Assembly (NCBI RefSeq): GCF_053078305.1
Contig: NZ_CP166879.1
Length of the DNA stretch: 64,000 nt
Reading direction: 5' to 3' (one strand)
Shown here: one piece after another, positions 1-12,912 of the stretch
Position numbering within the stretch: position 1 is the stretch's first letter
Layout of the letters: each line of letters begins with the position of its first letter
The notes under the pieces: generated by a model
The model's database searches: none
The model's input: only the letters and a program-made list of their open reading frames with translations
What the model was told of the DNA's origin: nothing
Made by a program: the position numbers and the translations under genes

Positions 1-1
1 A

Positions 2-460
2 TTTTTGTTGATGGAAATTGTTATGCCTCAGATTAGCCGGACCGCACTGGTACCCTACAGCGCGGAGCAAATGTATCAGTTAGTGAATGACGTTCAGTCT
101 TATCCTCAGTTTTTGCCGGGTTGTACCGGAAGTCGGATTCTGGAGTCCACTCCTGGGCAGATGACTGCGGCGGTAGATGTCTCTAAGGCTGGGATCAGCA
201 AAACGTTTACTACCCGCAACCAGTTGACCAGTAACCAAAGTATTCTTATGAATCTGGTGGATGGGCCGTTCAAGAAATTGATTGGTGGATGGAAGTTTAC
301 GCCGCTGAGCCAGGAGGCGTGTCGTATCGAGTTTCATCTCGACTTTGAGTTTACCAATAAGTTGATTGAGCTCGCCTTTGGTCGCGTGTTTAAAGAGCTG
401 GCGTCTAATATGGTCCAGGCTTTTACGGTTCGTGCGAAAGAGGTTTACAGTGCCAGGTAA
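2..460 (+). CDS. ratA: Ribosome association toxin RatA (SRPBCC/polyketide cyclase-like); reading frame is open to the window edge, so the 5-prime end may be truncated
   Basis: Translation [33 protein letters not shown]... matches RatA/YfjG as recalled; in-frame ATGs at 11 and 23; overlaps ratB start. Confidence 0.85.
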   Translation, partial: FLLMEIVMPQISRTALVPYSAEQMYQLVNDVQSYPQFLPGCTGSRILESTPGQMTAAVDVSKAGISKTFTTRNQLTSNQSILMNLVDGPFKKLIGGWKFTPLSQEACRIEFHLDFEFTNKLIELAFGRVFKELASNMVQAFTVRAKEVYSAR

Positions 461-740
461 AATTGCCGTTGAGGTGGCTTATGCGCTACCTGAGAAGCAG
501 TACCTGCAGCGCGTGACGCTGCAGGAGGGCGCGACGGTTGAAGAAGCTATTCGCGCCAGTGGCTTGCTGGAATTGCGGACCGATATCGATTTAACTAAAA
601 ACAAAGTCGGCATTTACAGCCGTCCGGCAAAACTAAGCGATAGTGTGCATGATGGTGATCGGGTGGAGATTTATCGCCCTCTCATTGCCGATCCGAAAGA
701 GCTTCGCAGGCAACGAGCAGAAAAATCAGCGAATAAATAA
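450..740 (+). CDS. ratB: RatB (YfjF), 96 aa, GTG start overlapping the ratA stop
   Basis: Translation (V)[26 protein letters not shown]... ends at the ORF stop at 740; GTG at 450. Confidence 0.85.
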
Positions 741-747
741 CGGACAG

Positions 748-778
748 AAAAAAGGTGCTCATTGAGCACCTTTTTTAA
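748..778. terminator. Bidirectional rho-independent terminator between convergent ratB and bamE
   Basis: AAAAAAGGTGCTCATTGAGCACCTTTTTT: GC stem flanked by an A-run and a T-run. Confidence 0.75.
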
Positions 779-801
779 CGTCTTTGAGAGCAACTTTATT
801 A

Positions 802-1143
802 TTAGTTACCACTCAGCGCAGGTTTGTTATCAATATTGGTCAACACACCGCTACTGTTAAAGGTTAGCGTCAGCGTTTGCTGCGTTACACCTTCATGACC
901 TGGTTGCTGGCGGAAGACATAGAACCAGGTATTCGTACCAAATGGATCGGACATCAGCGGTGTACCCAATGCGTACGCAACTTGTTGTTGCGTCATGCCA
1001 ACACGTATTTTGGATACGTCGTTAGCGGTCAGATAGTTCCCCTGGTTGATGTCAGGACGGTAAACCACTCGCTCCAGAGTGGAACAGCCTGCGGTCAACA
1101 TCAATAGTACTGCTGCTGCAGCAGTCAGCGTTTTACAGCGCAT
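802..1143 (-). CDS. bamE: Outer membrane protein assembly factor BamE (SmpA) lipoprotein
   Basis: 113-aa [41 protein letters not shown]... with lipobox LTAGC. Confidence 0.93.
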
Positions 1144-1291
1144 AGTGATTTGATTCCTTTTCGGGCCCGAGCAGTACGTGGCTCATCTGTAATATGCCGA
1201 TGATAATAGACCTTTCATCACTTTAAAACCTTTTGCTTTCCGGTCTTACGGCGTTTTGCTGTTTACTCTGACCGTGAAGCAGGAAAAAAGT

Positions 1292-2953
1292 TTACGCTGC
1301 AAGCAGTTCTTTCGCATTCGCCAGTGTGTTACGTGTGACTTCACTGCCACCAAGCAGGCGCGCCAGCTCTTGTAACCGCGCTTTTTTATCCAGAGATTGC
1401 ATATGCGTTTCTGTCATCGCACCATCGGTTTCTTTGCTGACAAAATAGTGTTGATGACCACATCCCGCGACTTGTGGCAGGTGGGTAACACACATCACCT
1501 GAGTTGATTCGCCGAGTTGACGCAGCAGTTTGCCGACAACTGCCGCTGTTGGACCACTAATCCCTACATCCACTTCATCAAAAATCAGTGCCGGGGTTTC
1601 CATTTTACGCGCCGTGATGACCTGGATTGCCAGTGCGATGCGGGACAATTCACCACCGGATGCGACTTTGGCAATAGGCTGCATTGGCTGACCTGGGTTG
1701 GTGGTTACCCGAAACTCAATACGATCAGCACCGTCAGCGCCCAGGTGATGCTCGTCAAATTTAACATCGATCGTAAACTGCCCATGCGGCATTGAGAGCG
1801 CATGCATACTGTCGGTGATCAGCTGTGCAAGTTCTTCTGCATATTGCTGGCGTTGTTGGTGTAATGCGCGCGCGGTTTCCAGTGCCTGCTGATGATGTTT
1901 CGTTACCGCCAGCGCGAGCGTTTCTTGTGAGTCGGCCTGATCGTCCAGTTGCTGCTGTTCTTCCAGTAGCGACTGGTAATACTGTGGTAATGCCTCAGGG
2001 CTGACGTGATGTTTACGTGCCAGCGAAATCTGTTTTGAGATGCGTTGTTCAAGTTCAAACAGCCGGTTGGGATCGAGATCCAAACGATCGCAGTAGTGGC
2101 GCAGTTCGTCGCTGGCTTCAGCAATCTGGATGGTAGCTTCTTCCAGCATATCAAGTACGCCGGACAGTTTGCTGTCTATGCCAATCAATTCGCTCACCAG
2201 TTGTTTAGCCGTGTAAAGTTGACTTTGCAGGTTTGCGTCTTCACCGTCGGCCATTAATGCCAAAGCATTCTGGCTGGTGGTCAGCAATTGACCGCTGTTC
2301 GCCAGACGTTTGTACTCTTCGTCGATTTGCTCAAACTCTCCGGGCTGCGGATTAAATTCGTTAAGTTCTTTTAATTGGTATTGCAGCAGTTCCGCACGGG
2401 CAGCGCGTTCCTGACTTAACTGTTGATGATGCGCGAGGTCACGGCAGCTTTGATGCCACAACTGATAACGTGCGGTCATTTCCTGGAGTAGAGAGGTTTC
2501 ATTGGCATAGCCATCAAGCAGGAACTTTTGGTGCTCGGGTTTGGTGAGTAACTGATGAGCGTGCTGACCATGGATCTGAATCAGCAACTGACCCAGTTCG
2601 CGCAGTTGTGACAGAGGAACAGCTGTACCGTTGATGAAACCACGGGAGCGACCATCGCTGCTGATCACGCGACGAAGCAAACATTCATGCCCGTCTTCAA
2701 GCTGGTTTTCTTCCAGCCAGCGCAGGGCCGCTGGCGTATCTTTCAGAGAAAAACGGGCGCACAGGTCAGCGCGAGCAGCGCCGGTACGCACCATGTCGGC
2801 TTCAGCGCGACCACCGAGACAAAGACCGAGGGCATCTATTGCAATAGATTTACCCGCACCGGTTTCGCCAGTTATTACGGTCATGCCGCTATGAAAATCA
2901 ATCTCAAGCTCACGAACGATAGCAAAGTTGCTGATGGTCAGTTGTGCCAACAT
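1292..2953 (-). CDS. recN: DNA repair protein RecN
   Basis: 553-aa ORF with N-terminal Walker A GETGAGKS and SMC-like coiled-coil middle region. Confidence 0.95.
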   Translation of the reverse strand: MLAQLTISNFAIVRELEIDFHSGMTVITGETGAGKSIAIDALGLCLGGRAEADMVRTGAARADLCARFSLKDTPAALRWLEENQLEDGHECLLRRVISSDGRSRGFINGTAVPLSQLRELGQLLIQIHGQHAHQLLTKPEHQKFLLDGYANETSLLQEMTARYQLWHQSCRDLAHHQQLSQERAARAELLQYQLKELNEFNPQPGEFEQIDEEYKRLANSGQLLTTSQNALALMADGEDANLQSQLYTAKQLVSELIGIDSKLSGVLDMLEEATIQIAEASDELRHYCDRLDLDPNRLFELEQRISKQISLARKHHVSPEALPQYYQSLLEEQQQLDDQADSQETLALAVTKHHQQALETARALHQQRQQYAEELAQLITDSMHALSMPHGQFTIDVKFDEHHLGADGADRIEFRVTTNPGQPMQPIAKVASGGELSRIALAIQVITARKMETPALIFDEVDVGISGPTAAVVGKLLRQLGESTQVMCVTHLPQVAGCGHQHYFVSKETDGAMTETHMQSLDKKARLQELARLLGGSEVTRNTLANAKELLAA

Positions 2954-2959
2954 AGTCGT

Positions 2960-3025
2960 TTTCCTGTATGAAAAACCATTACTGTTATTGTGTACAGTAT
3001 AAACTGGTTTTATATACAGTAAAGA
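2960..3025 (-). promoter_or_regulatory. recN promoter region with LexA (SOS) operator(s)
   Basis: CTGT-N8-ACAG motif at 2981-3000 (ACTGTTATTGTGTACAGTAT) plus a weaker CTGG-N8-ACAG immediately downstream, directly upstream of the recN start. Confidence 0.7.
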
Positions 3026-3038
3026 GGCTGGCGTAAAA

Positions 3039-3917
3039 TTAGAATAATTTTTTTGACCAGCCGAGCTTGGTGCTTAATGTATTGAAATAACTGTAATCTT
3101 TCGGATGAATCAGATTCAGATGGTAATCACAGCGACGAATCAGGACATCTTCACCTTCCTGAATCGGCAGTGCTATCTGGCTGTCGCAACTGATTTCCAG
3201 GTCGTTACGGCGATGCGAAAAACGCAGACGGATCGTGCTGCTGCTGTTTATGACCAGTGGTCGTGCTGACAACGTATGCGGAAACATGGGCACCAGGGTA
3301 ATCGCATCGAGAGAGGGGGTCAGAATAGGACCGCCCGCAGAGAGGGAATAGGCGGTGGAGCCTGTTGGCGTCGAAATAATTAGCCCATCAGATCGCTGAG
3401 AAAACGCAAAGATCTCGTCGATATACACTTCGAACTCTATCATATGCGCCACTTTGCCTGGATGAAGTACCACTTCATTTATCGCGGTGCTGATGCGCTT
3501 TTGGCAATCTTGCTGACAGACTTGCGCTTCCAGCAAAAAACGTTTCTCGCTGATGTAGTGACCTTCCAGCACATCGGCTAATTGTTGCTGGGCGTTATCG
3601 GGGTCAAGGTCAGTCAGGAAACCCAGGTTGCCACGGTTGATTCCAATAACTTTAATATCGTAGCGGGCGAGCGTGCGCGCCGCGCCCAGCATATTACCGT
3701 CGCCACCAACGACTACCGCGAGATCAGCCAGTTGCCCAATCTCCGCGAGCGTGCCAGTTTTCACATTCTTCAGTTGCAATTCGTGAGCGATTTGTTGCTC
3801 AACGATGACCTCGTAACCTTTTGTGCACAGCCAGCGGTAGAGCATTTCATGTGTTGTCAGTGCAGTAGGGTGCCGTGGGTGTCCCACAATGCCAATACAC
3901 TTGAAATGATTATTCAT
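3039..3917 (-). CDS. nadK: NAD kinase
   Basis: 292-aa ORF with [11 protein letters not shown] motif typical of NAD kinases. Confidence 0.93.
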
Positions 3918-3963
3918 TTTTCCGAGGTCCTTGTTGCGAAGATTGATGACAATGTGAGTGCTT

Positions 3964-3994
3964 CCCTTGAAACCCTGAAACTGATCCCCATAAT
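3964..3994 (+). promoter_or_regulatory. sigma32 heat-shock promoter of grpE
   Basis: CCCTTGAAA (-35) then a 13-bp spacer then CCCCATAAT (-10), about 45 bp upstream of the grpE ATG. Confidence 0.75.
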
Positions 3995-4006
3995 AAGCGA
4001 AGTTAG

Positions 4007-4633
<627 letters not shown>

Positions 4634-4687
4634 TTTCTGCTTTCGTAATAATTCACGGCCCTGCATGCGAATGCCGGGCCGTTTTCG

Positions 4688-5950
4688 TTACTCCGCCACA
4701 CTCTCGCGCAGCGGTTTCACAGGAAAAACTTTTACCTGCTTAATCATATTGTCCTGTACGTCGAGAATATCGATATCGTACTCGCCAATACGCACGCGGG
4801 TGCCTGCGACAGGGATCTCTTCCAGTGCCTCAAGAATGACGCCATTAACCGTGCGGGCATCATCTTCCGGTAGATGCCAGTTAAAGGCTTTGTTGATTTC
4901 CCGCACGTTGGCAGTGCCATCAATAATCACCGAACCGTCGTTTTGCGGCGTGACTTCTTCGGCAAGTGTTGGCGACATCGACGTAGTGAAATCGCCGACA
5001 ATCTCTTCCAGAATATCTTCAACCGTCACCAGCCCCTGAATGTCTCCATACTCGTTGACGACCAGGCCGACTTTCTTTTTGTTGCGCTGAAACTTTACCA
5101 ACTGCGTGCTGAGCGGCGTACCTTCCGGCACAAAATAGATCTCGTCCGCGGCGCGCAGCATGGTTTCTTTGGTGAACTCTTTTTTCTCCGACATCAACCG
5201 CCAGGCTTCACGTACTCGCAGCATACTGATGGCGTCGTCCAGCGAATCACGGTAGAGCACGATGCGCCCGTGAGGTGAGTGGGAGAGTTGGCGCAGAATC
5301 GATTTCCAGTCATCGTTGATATCAATACCGATAATTTCACTGCGCGGCACCATGATGTCATCAACGGTCATTTTTTCCAGATCGAGCACCGACAGCAGCA
5401 TATCCTGATTGCGACGGGAAATTTGTGAGCGCGATTCGTGCACGATAGTGCGCAACTCTTCTTTGCTCAAAGAGCCGCTAACCACGATATCGGTTTTGAT
5501 ACCCATCATGCGCATCAGCATACGGGTGATAGCATTCAGCAACCAGACCAGCGGCATCATCAAAATTTGCAGCGGAGCCAGCAGAAAACTACTCGGATAA
5601 GCGACTTTTTCCGGGTACAGCGCGGCAATGGTTTTCGGCAATACCTCAGCAAAAACCAGTACGACAAAAGTCAGCACACCAGTCGCAATTGCCACGCCCG
5701 CATCGCCGTACAAACGCATCCCAACAATAGTGCCGAGCGCGGAGGCAAGAATATTGACCAGGTTATTGCCGATTAACACCAGGCTTATCAGGCGGTCTGG
5801 CTTACGCAGCAATTTTTCGACGCGTTTGGCCGAGCGATTACCCTGTTTCGCCATATGTCGCAGACGATAGCGGTTGAGGGTCATCATTCCGGTTTCGGAC
5901 CCGGAAAAATAGGCTGAAATGACCACCATGATGATCAGAATAATGATCAA
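4688..5950 (-). CDS. yfjD: Inner membrane protein YfjD (DUF21-CBS-CorC/HlyC family)
   Basis: 420-aa ORF with N-terminal transmembrane segments and C-terminal CBS/CorC-like region. Confidence 0.88.
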   Translation of the reverse strand: MIIILIIMVVISAYFSGSETGMMTLNRYRLRHMAKQGNRSAKRVEKLLRKPDRLISLVLIGNNLVNILASALGTIVGMRLYGDAGVAIATGVLTFVVLVFAEVLPKTIAALYPEKVAYPSSFLLAPLQILMMPLVWLLNAITRMLMRMMGIKTDIVVSGSLSKEELRTIVHESRSQISRRNQDMLLSVLDLEKMTVDDIMVPRSEIIGIDINDDWKSILRQLSHSPHGRIVLYRDSLDDAISMLRVREAWRLMSEKKEFTKETMLRAADEIYFVPEGTPLSTQLVKFQRNKKKVGLVVNEYGDIQGLVTVEDILEEIVGDFTTSMSPTLAEEVTPQNDGSVIIDGTANVREINKAFNWHLPEDDARTVNGVILEALEEIPVAGTRVRIGEYDIDILDVQDNMIKQVKVFPVKPLRESVAE

Positions 5951-5995
5951 CGTAGTAGTAGAAATGTGTTCCAGGGGGAAACTCCTTTTCTGGGT

Positions 5996-6787
5996 TTAGC
6001 TGATTAACTGCTGGACAATTCGGCTGCCGAAGTAGGCCAGTGTCAGAATAACTGCACCCGCAACGTTAAACCAGACGACGCGGCGTCCACGCCATCCTTC
6101 ATGATAATGTCCCCACAGCAGCACAATATAGACAAACCACGCCACGATAGAGAGCACAGCCTTGTCGATATTTTCCATGCTAAATAAGTTGTGCATGTAG
6201 AACAGGCCAGTGCAAAGCGTGAGCGTTAGCAGCACCACGCCAATCTGCGTGATGTGGAACATTTTACGCTCGATACTCATCAATGGCGGCATTTCCTGGT
6301 TAAACGCCAGCTTCTTGTTCTTCAGTTGGTAATCAATCCACGCCAGTTGCAGCGCGTACAGGGCGGCGATAATTAGCGTGGCATAGGAAAAGAGCGATAA
6401 GCCAATGTGCACCAGCATCCCAGGCGTAGCTTCCAGATGGGTGATGTATTCATTGGGCATGAAGGTCGCCAGCGCCAGGTTGATAAGTGCAAAGGCATAG
6501 ACAATGGGTAGCAGCAACCAGCCACGATTGCGAGAAGCCACAATGGTCATTACCGTACAGATCATCAAACTGACCAATGAACCAACGTTCAGCAGGCTGA
6601 GGTTTTGTCCGCTATCACCGTCGGGCAGGATGCGGGCTTCCAGAGCGATTGCGTGGCAGACCAGCGCAATGACCGCAGAAATAATAGCCATGCGCCGCCA
6701 GCCGCCGTTTTTTTGCAGCAGACCGGGAACAATCAGCGCAAGACTGACGGAGTAGGCGACAAGCGCGAGCAGAGCAAAAACGGGCAT
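5996..6787 (-). CDS. ypjD: Inner membrane protein YpjD (cytochrome c assembly-like family)
   Basis: Polytopic membrane ORF; start placed at the internal Met (MPVFALLALVAYSVSL...) giving 263 aa; the ORF track extends to 6862. Confidence 0.82.
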   Translation of the reverse strand: MPVFALLALVAYSVSLALIVPGLLQKNGGWRRMAIISAVIALVCHAIALEARILPDGDSGQNLSLLNVGSLVSLMICTVMTIVASRNRGWLLLPIVYAFALINLALATFMPNEYITHLEATPGMLVHIGLSLFSYATLIIAALYALQLAWIDYQLKNKKLAFNQEMPPLMSIERKMFHITQIGVVLLTLTLCTGLFYMHNLFSMENIDKAVLSIVAWFVYIVLLWGHYHEGWRGRRVVWFNVAGAVILTLAYFGSRIVQQLIS

Positions 6788-6953
6788 AGTGATGTCGACA
6801 GTTTGAGCAATAAGAAAGAGAAGCAGTATAGCGTCAGGTGAACGCTGCTCCAACCGTTGCATAACAACAAAGACGCCTTCATGTTATACTGCGGCAAAAT
6901 ACTGATGATGTGTCGCGATTGCGGCCAACCGTTTCCACCCCAGGCGAGAGACA

Positions 6954-8315
6954 ATGTTTGATAATTTAACCGATCGTTTGTCGCGCACGCTGCGCAATAT
7001 CAGTGGCCGTGGACGCCTCACTGAAGACAACGTAAAAGATACGCTGCGCGAAGTGCGCATGGCGCTGCTGGAGGCGGACGTCGCTCTGCCGGTAGTGCGT
7101 GAGTTTATCAATCGCGTAAAAGAGAAAGCGGTTGGTCATGAAGTTAATAAGAGCCTGACGCCGGGGCAGGAGTTCGTCAAAATCGTCCGTAACGAACTGG
7201 TTGCGGCGATGGGCGAAGAGAACCAGACCCTGAACCTGGCTGCGCAACCGCCTGCGGTCGTACTGATGGCGGGCCTGCAAGGTGCCGGTAAAACAACCAG
7301 CGTTGGTAAACTCGGTAAGTTCCTGCGCGAGAAGCACAAGAAGAAAGTGCTGGTGGTTTCTGCTGACGTCTATCGCCCGGCGGCAATCAAACAGCTTGAG
7401 ACGCTGGCAGAGCAGGTGGGCGTTGATTTCTTCCCTTCTGATGTTGGTCAGAAGCCGGTAGATATCGTTAACGCGGCGCTGAAAGAAGCCAAACTGAAAT
7501 TCTACGACGTGCTGCTGGTGGATACCGCTGGTCGTCTGCACGTTGACGAAGCGATGATGGACGAGATCAAACAAGTCCATGCGTCGATTAACCCGGTTGA
7601 AACCCTGTTTGTGGTTGACGCCATGACCGGTCAGGATGCGGCCAATACGGCAAAAGCATTCAATGAAGCGTTACCGCTTACCGGCGTAGTGTTGACCAAA
7701 GTGGACGGCGATGCCCGCGGCGGTGCGGCGCTCTCTATTCGTCACATCACTGGCAAACCGATCAAGTTCCTCGGTGTTGGCGAGAAAACTGAGGCGCTGG
7801 AGCCGTTCCATCCGGACCGCATCGCGTCGCGTATTCTCGGCATGGGCGACGTACTGTCGCTGATCGAAGATATCGAAAGCAAAGTTGACCGCGCGCAGGC
7901 AGAGAAATTAGCCAGCAAGCTAAAAAAAGGCGACGGCTTCGATCTCAACGACTTTCTTGAGCAACTGCGCCAGATGAAAAATATGGGCGGCATGGCCAGC
8001 TTGATGGGCAAACTGCCGGGCATGGGGCAGATCCCGGATAACGTCAAGTCGCAGATGGACGATAAAGTGCTGGTGCGTATGGAAGCCATCATCAACTCAA
8101 TGACGATGAAAGAGCGCGCTAAGCCAGAAATCATCAAAGGTTCGCGTAAGCGTCGTATCGCCGCCGGTTGCGGGATGCAGGTACAGGACGTTAACCGCCT
8201 TCTGAAGCAGTTCGACGACATGCAGCGCATGATGAAGAAAATGAAGAAGGGCGGAATGGCGAAGATGATGAGAAGCATGAAGGGAATGATGCCGCCGGGA
8301 TTTCCTGGTCGCTAA
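6954..8315 (+). CDS. ffh: Signal recognition particle protein Ffh
   Basis: 453-aa ORF with GLQGAGKTT GTPase motif and Met-rich C-terminal M domain. Confidence 0.95.
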   Translation: MFDNLTDRLSRTLRNISGRGRLTEDNVKDTLREVRMALLEADVALPVVREFINRVKEKAVGHEVNKSLTPGQEFVKIVRNELVAAMGEENQTLNLAAQPPAVVLMAGLQGAGKTTSVGKLGKFLREKHKKKVLVVSADVYRPAAIKQLETLAEQVGVDFFPSDVGQKPVDIVNAALKEAKLKFYDVLLVDTAGRLHVDEAMMDEIKQVHASINPVETLFVVDAMTGQDAANTAKAFNEALPLTGVVLTKVDGDARGGAALSIRHITGKPIKFLGVGEKTEALEPFHPDRIASRILGMGDVLSLIEDIESKVDRAQAEKLASKLKKGDGFDLNDFLEQLRQMKNMGGMASLMGKLPGMGQIPDNVKSQMDDKVLVRMEAIINSMTMKERAKPEIIKGSRKRRIAAGCGMQVQDVNRLLKQFDDMQRMMKKMKKGGMAKMMRSMKGMMPPGFPGR

Positions 8316-8373
8316 ATGACCTTATGCGACAGAGTTATTAACTGCTGATTGCATTTTCTCCAGAAATCAGTAA

Positions 8374-8700
<327 letters not shown>

Positions 8701-8718
8701 TCTGTCACGGTGGTCATG

Positions 8719-9267
8719 ATGAGCAAACAACTCACCGCGCAAGCACCTGTTGATCCCATCGTTTTGGGAAAAATGGGTTCGTCTTACGGTATTCGTGGGT
8801 GGCTCAGAGTGTTTTCTTCCACCGAAGACGCCGAAAGCATTTTTGACTATCAGCCCTGGTTTATCCAGAAGGCGGGTCAGTGGCAGCAAGTCCAGCTGGA
8901 AAGCTGGAAGCACCACAATCAGGACATGATCATCAAGCTGAAAGGCGTTGACGATCGTGATGCGGCGAACCTGCTGACGAATTGTGAAATTGTCGTGGAT
9001 TCATCGCAGCTGCCTCAGCTTGAAGAGGGTGACTACTACTGGAAAGACCTGATGGGCTGCCAGGTAGTAACCACTGAAGGCTACGATCTCGGTAAAGTCG
9101 TCGATATGATGGAAACCGGATCCAATGACGTTCTCGTCATTAAGGCAAACCTGAAAGATGCGTTTGGTATCAAGGAACGTCTCGTACCGTTCCTCGATGG
9201 GCAGGTTATCAAGAAAGTCGATCTCACTACTCGTTCAATCGAAGTAGATTGGGATCCTGGTTTTTAA
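8719..9267 (+). CDS. rimM: Ribosome maturation factor RimM
   Basis: [37 protein letters not shown]... Confidence 0.92.
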
Positions 9268-9297
9268 ACCACCGGATAAACGGTAAAAGACGGCGCT

Positions 9298-10065
9298 ATG
9301 TGGATTGGCATAATTAGCCTGTTTCCTGAAATGTTCCGCGCAATTACCGATTACGGGGTAACTGGCCGGGCAGTTAAAAATGGCCTGCTGAGCATCCAGA
9401 GCTGGAGTCCTCGCGACTTCACGCATGACCGGCACCGTACCGTGGACGATCGTCCTTACGGCGGCGGACCGGGGATGTTAATGATGGTGCAACCCTTGCG
9501 GGACGCCATTCATGCAGCAAAAGCCGCGGCGGGTGAAGGCGCAAAGGTGATTTATCTGTCACCACAGGGACGCAAGCTTGATCAAGCGGGCGTCAGCGAG
9601 CTAGCAACGAATCAAAAATTGATTCTGGTGTGCGGTCGCTACGAAGGTATAGATGAGCGCGTGATCCAAACCGAAATTGACGAAGAATGGTCAATCGGCG
9701 ATTACGTTCTCAGTGGTGGTGAGTTACCAGCAATGACGCTGATTGACTCCGTTTCCCGGTTTATTCCGGGAGTACTGGGACATGAAGCCTCGGCAACGGA
9801 AGATTCCTTTGCTGAAGGATTGCTGGATTGCCCGCACTATACGCGGCCTGAGGTGTTAGAAGGGATGGAAGTTCCGCCAGTGTTACTGTCGGGCAACCAT
9901 GCCGAGATACGTCGCTGGCGTTTGAAACAGTCGCTGGGCCGTACCTGGCTTAGAAGACCTGAACTTCTGGAAAACCTGGCTCTGACTGAAGAGCAAGCAA
10001 GGTTGCTGGCGGAGTTCAAAACGGAACACGCACAACAGCAACATAAACATGATGGGATGGCGTAA
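9298..10065 (+). CDS. trmD: tRNA (guanine37-N1)-methyltransferase TrmD
   Basis: 255-aa [16 protein letters not shown]... in the conserved rpsP-rimM-trmD-rplS operon. Confidence 0.95.
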
Positions 10066-10103
10066 GCCCCCGAGATATCAGTTTACCCAGGATAAGAGAT
10101 TAA

Positions 10104-10454
<351 letters not shown>

Positions 10455-10482
10455 GATTTCGCTTAAGCGACATCCTGTTAAG

Positions 10483-10514
10483 AAGGGCTGGCCAATTGGC
10501 TGGCCCTTTTTTTA
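10483..10514 (+). terminator. rho-independent terminator of the trmD operon
   Basis: GGGCTGGCCAATTGGCTGGCCC stem-loop followed by a T-run. Confidence 0.8.
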
Positions 10515-10530
10515 TCTGTTTGCTCGTGTT

Positions 10531-11013
10531 TTAAGGGGTAGTAATCACCACTGCGACGCGACGGTTCTCGGCGCGGCCCTGGGCGGTCTTGTTACTGGCT
10601 ATGGGATATTTTTTTCCTAAACCCTGTGTGGTGAGATTGCCGCGTGGAATTTGTCCACCCATAGCCCATGCATCGGCCACGACATTCGCCCGTTTCAATG
10701 ATAAGCCTTCGTTGTAACTGTCTTCACCATAGTTATCGGTGTGTCCATCCATACGGGCATGTGTTAGCCCTGTCGAGGCCAATTTGGCTGCCATGGTTTG
10801 GATCTGTTGCTGGCTTTCCGGGAGCAATTTGTAGTCATTTTTTGCGAACAGAATGGCATCTGATAAGCCCAGCGACCAGTCGCCGGCGGATTCAGTAAAT
10901 CCATAAGATTGCATAGCGGCGACTTGCTCAGGAGTAAACTTTCCCTGAGGGGACTGGCAGCCAGTCAGTATTAGTGAGGTGAAAATCAGGGGTGCTACCA
11001 GGTGCTTTATCAT
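10531..11013 (-). CDS. yfiB: OmpA-family lipoprotein YfiB (peptidoglycan-binding)
   Basis: 160-aa ORF with lipobox LTGC and C-terminal OmpA-like domain. Confidence 0.9.
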   Translation of the reverse strand: MIKHLVAPLIFTSLILTGCQSPQGKFTPEQVAAMQSYGFTESAGDWSLGLSDAILFAKNDYKLLPESQQQIQTMAAKLASTGLTHARMDGHTDNYGEDSYNEGLSLKRANVVADAWAMGGQIPRGNLTTQGLGKKYPIASNKTAQGRAENRRVAVVITTP

Positions 11014-11028
11014 ATCGATATATCCTTG

Positions 11029-12255
11029 TTATCTCACCAGCTTTTCGGCACGCTGGTGTTTGGCCTGATACATATTGTGATCGGCAAGCTCTTGTAATTT
11101 TTCCGCAGAGGCGTGCTCAATGGTCATCGCGTAACCAATGCTTAATGTCATGGTGGTCTGATGGCCATTATGAAGATCAAACGGGAGATTAAAGATTTGT
11201 GTCAGTGCTGAGCATATCTGCTGCACTTCAGATTCCGACTGTACATCATAGAGCACCATAGCGAATTCATCGCCGCCCAGGCGGTATGCTTTATGTCGCA
11301 GCCCGCCAAATTCAGCTAACCGTTTTGCGATTTCAATCAAGACTCTATCGCCCGTCGCATGACCCCAGGTATCATTGATATATTTGAAATTATCGCCATC
11401 AAGAAATAGTAACGCCGACGTTTTTCGGGCATCGGAATTGTTCATCAACGTATTGATGCCGCTACGAAACGCTGCGCGGTTAGCCAGCCCGGTTAATGGG
11501 TCATGTAGCGCGGTACGCAGAAGCTGCGCATTTTTGGCCTGTAAACGAAGCTGCCACTCTTCCATTTCATCCAGCAGACTGTTGAAGTCTAGAGCGAAGC
11601 GGTGAAACTCAGCGATACGTTCTTCCGAAACTCGTCGGGAAAAATTGCGGTTGGAACGCACATCATGTACGACATCGGTGATATTTTTCAGTGCTTCCAC
11701 CAGGCCATTGTGCAAATGGCGGGTGAGGGTAATTGCGATTCCTGATGCCAGCAGAATACAACCGGTCAGTACGGCGAGCGAAAACCAGATAAAATGGCTG
11801 ATTGAACTGTCGCGAGCGGTTAAGCGTACTTCGCCAATGGTTTCGCCATTGTGACGAATCGGCTGAATGATGGGGGCAGGGAAGAGCCAGTGGCTTATGA
11901 AATTGCTGAAAGTATCGCCTGGATCCTTACGGGTGTAATGCCAGGATGCCAGAATATTTTGCTGCTTATCACGTACTTCTGCAGTTGAAAATTGCCCTTG
12001 CTGGCCCAGCGCTGCCAGTGTTTCAGTTGCTGCAGGGCCATCGGCAAAAACGACAGCTGCTTCCAGACTGTAAGTCATTGTTGCTGCTGTCAGTGCCAGG
12101 TTTTTTTGCGCGTACTGTTTCAGGGTCAGCACCGAGGTCACGGAAAGCAGCAACCAGATCAGCATCATAGTGATAAATATGCTGGTCATACTGATGTTGC
12201 GTAATGCTCTTTTAAACGTGGGGCGCTTATTAAGAGAATTATCGTTATCCATCAT
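11029..12255 (-). CDS. dgcN: Diguanylate cyclase DgcN (YfiN)
   Basis: 408-aa ORF with N-terminal membrane/periplasmic region and C-terminal GGDEF domain (RLGGDEF). Confidence 0.92.
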
Positions 12256-12763
12256 TTTTCTTCCGTGCGAGCATTAAGACATCCGGGTTGACCTTTACAC
12301 CGCTACGCGATAAGGCATCCAGGTTTACGGCAAATCTGACGTCATTATTGTGGATGATCAGACAAAAGGCGCTACCAATAATGCACTCGGTATTTTGTTC
12401 GGCAATTAATAATAACGCCTTTGACGGATATTGTTCGGTTAATTCCATCTGGAATGTCGGTGACTCGTTGCCAAAATAAAAACCATTGCAGCCTGAAATC
12501 ATCGCCTCTTGTTGAGTGTGAATGATGACAGGCAGATAAGGCAAAGATGTCGCGGCATTCTCTTGTAGGGCGGTACTAAAACGTGAAGATGAAAAGATAC
12601 ATAACTTTGGTGGCCCTGATAGCGCAGGCCAGCGGGTGTAACTGACAATACCGGAAACCATCATACGCACGTTTTTCGCAACGTCAGAAGGCTCCTGAGC
12701 GAGTATTGGTGCTCCCGTCAGCAGGAGAATCAGCAGTAAGAACAGTCGGTGAGAAAAACGCAT
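12245..12763 (-). CDS. yfiR: Periplasmic repressor of DgcN, YfiR
   Basis: 172-aa ORF with signal peptide; overlaps the dgcN start (operon). Confidence 0.9.
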
Positions 12764-12912
12764 TCAGGGATCCCCACCATCTTCGCTCGAAATGCATCGA
12801 TATTTTTTCAGAATGCTCATTAAAATATCATTTTTTCATGCGATCGTCATCATTGTGAGAAATAAAACATAATGAGTAAAATCTTATGTTTAATTTATTT
12901 GTGGGGTTTTAA

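Noticed and set aside
6966-7580. 204-aa minus-strand ORF
   Set aside because: Antisense to ffh
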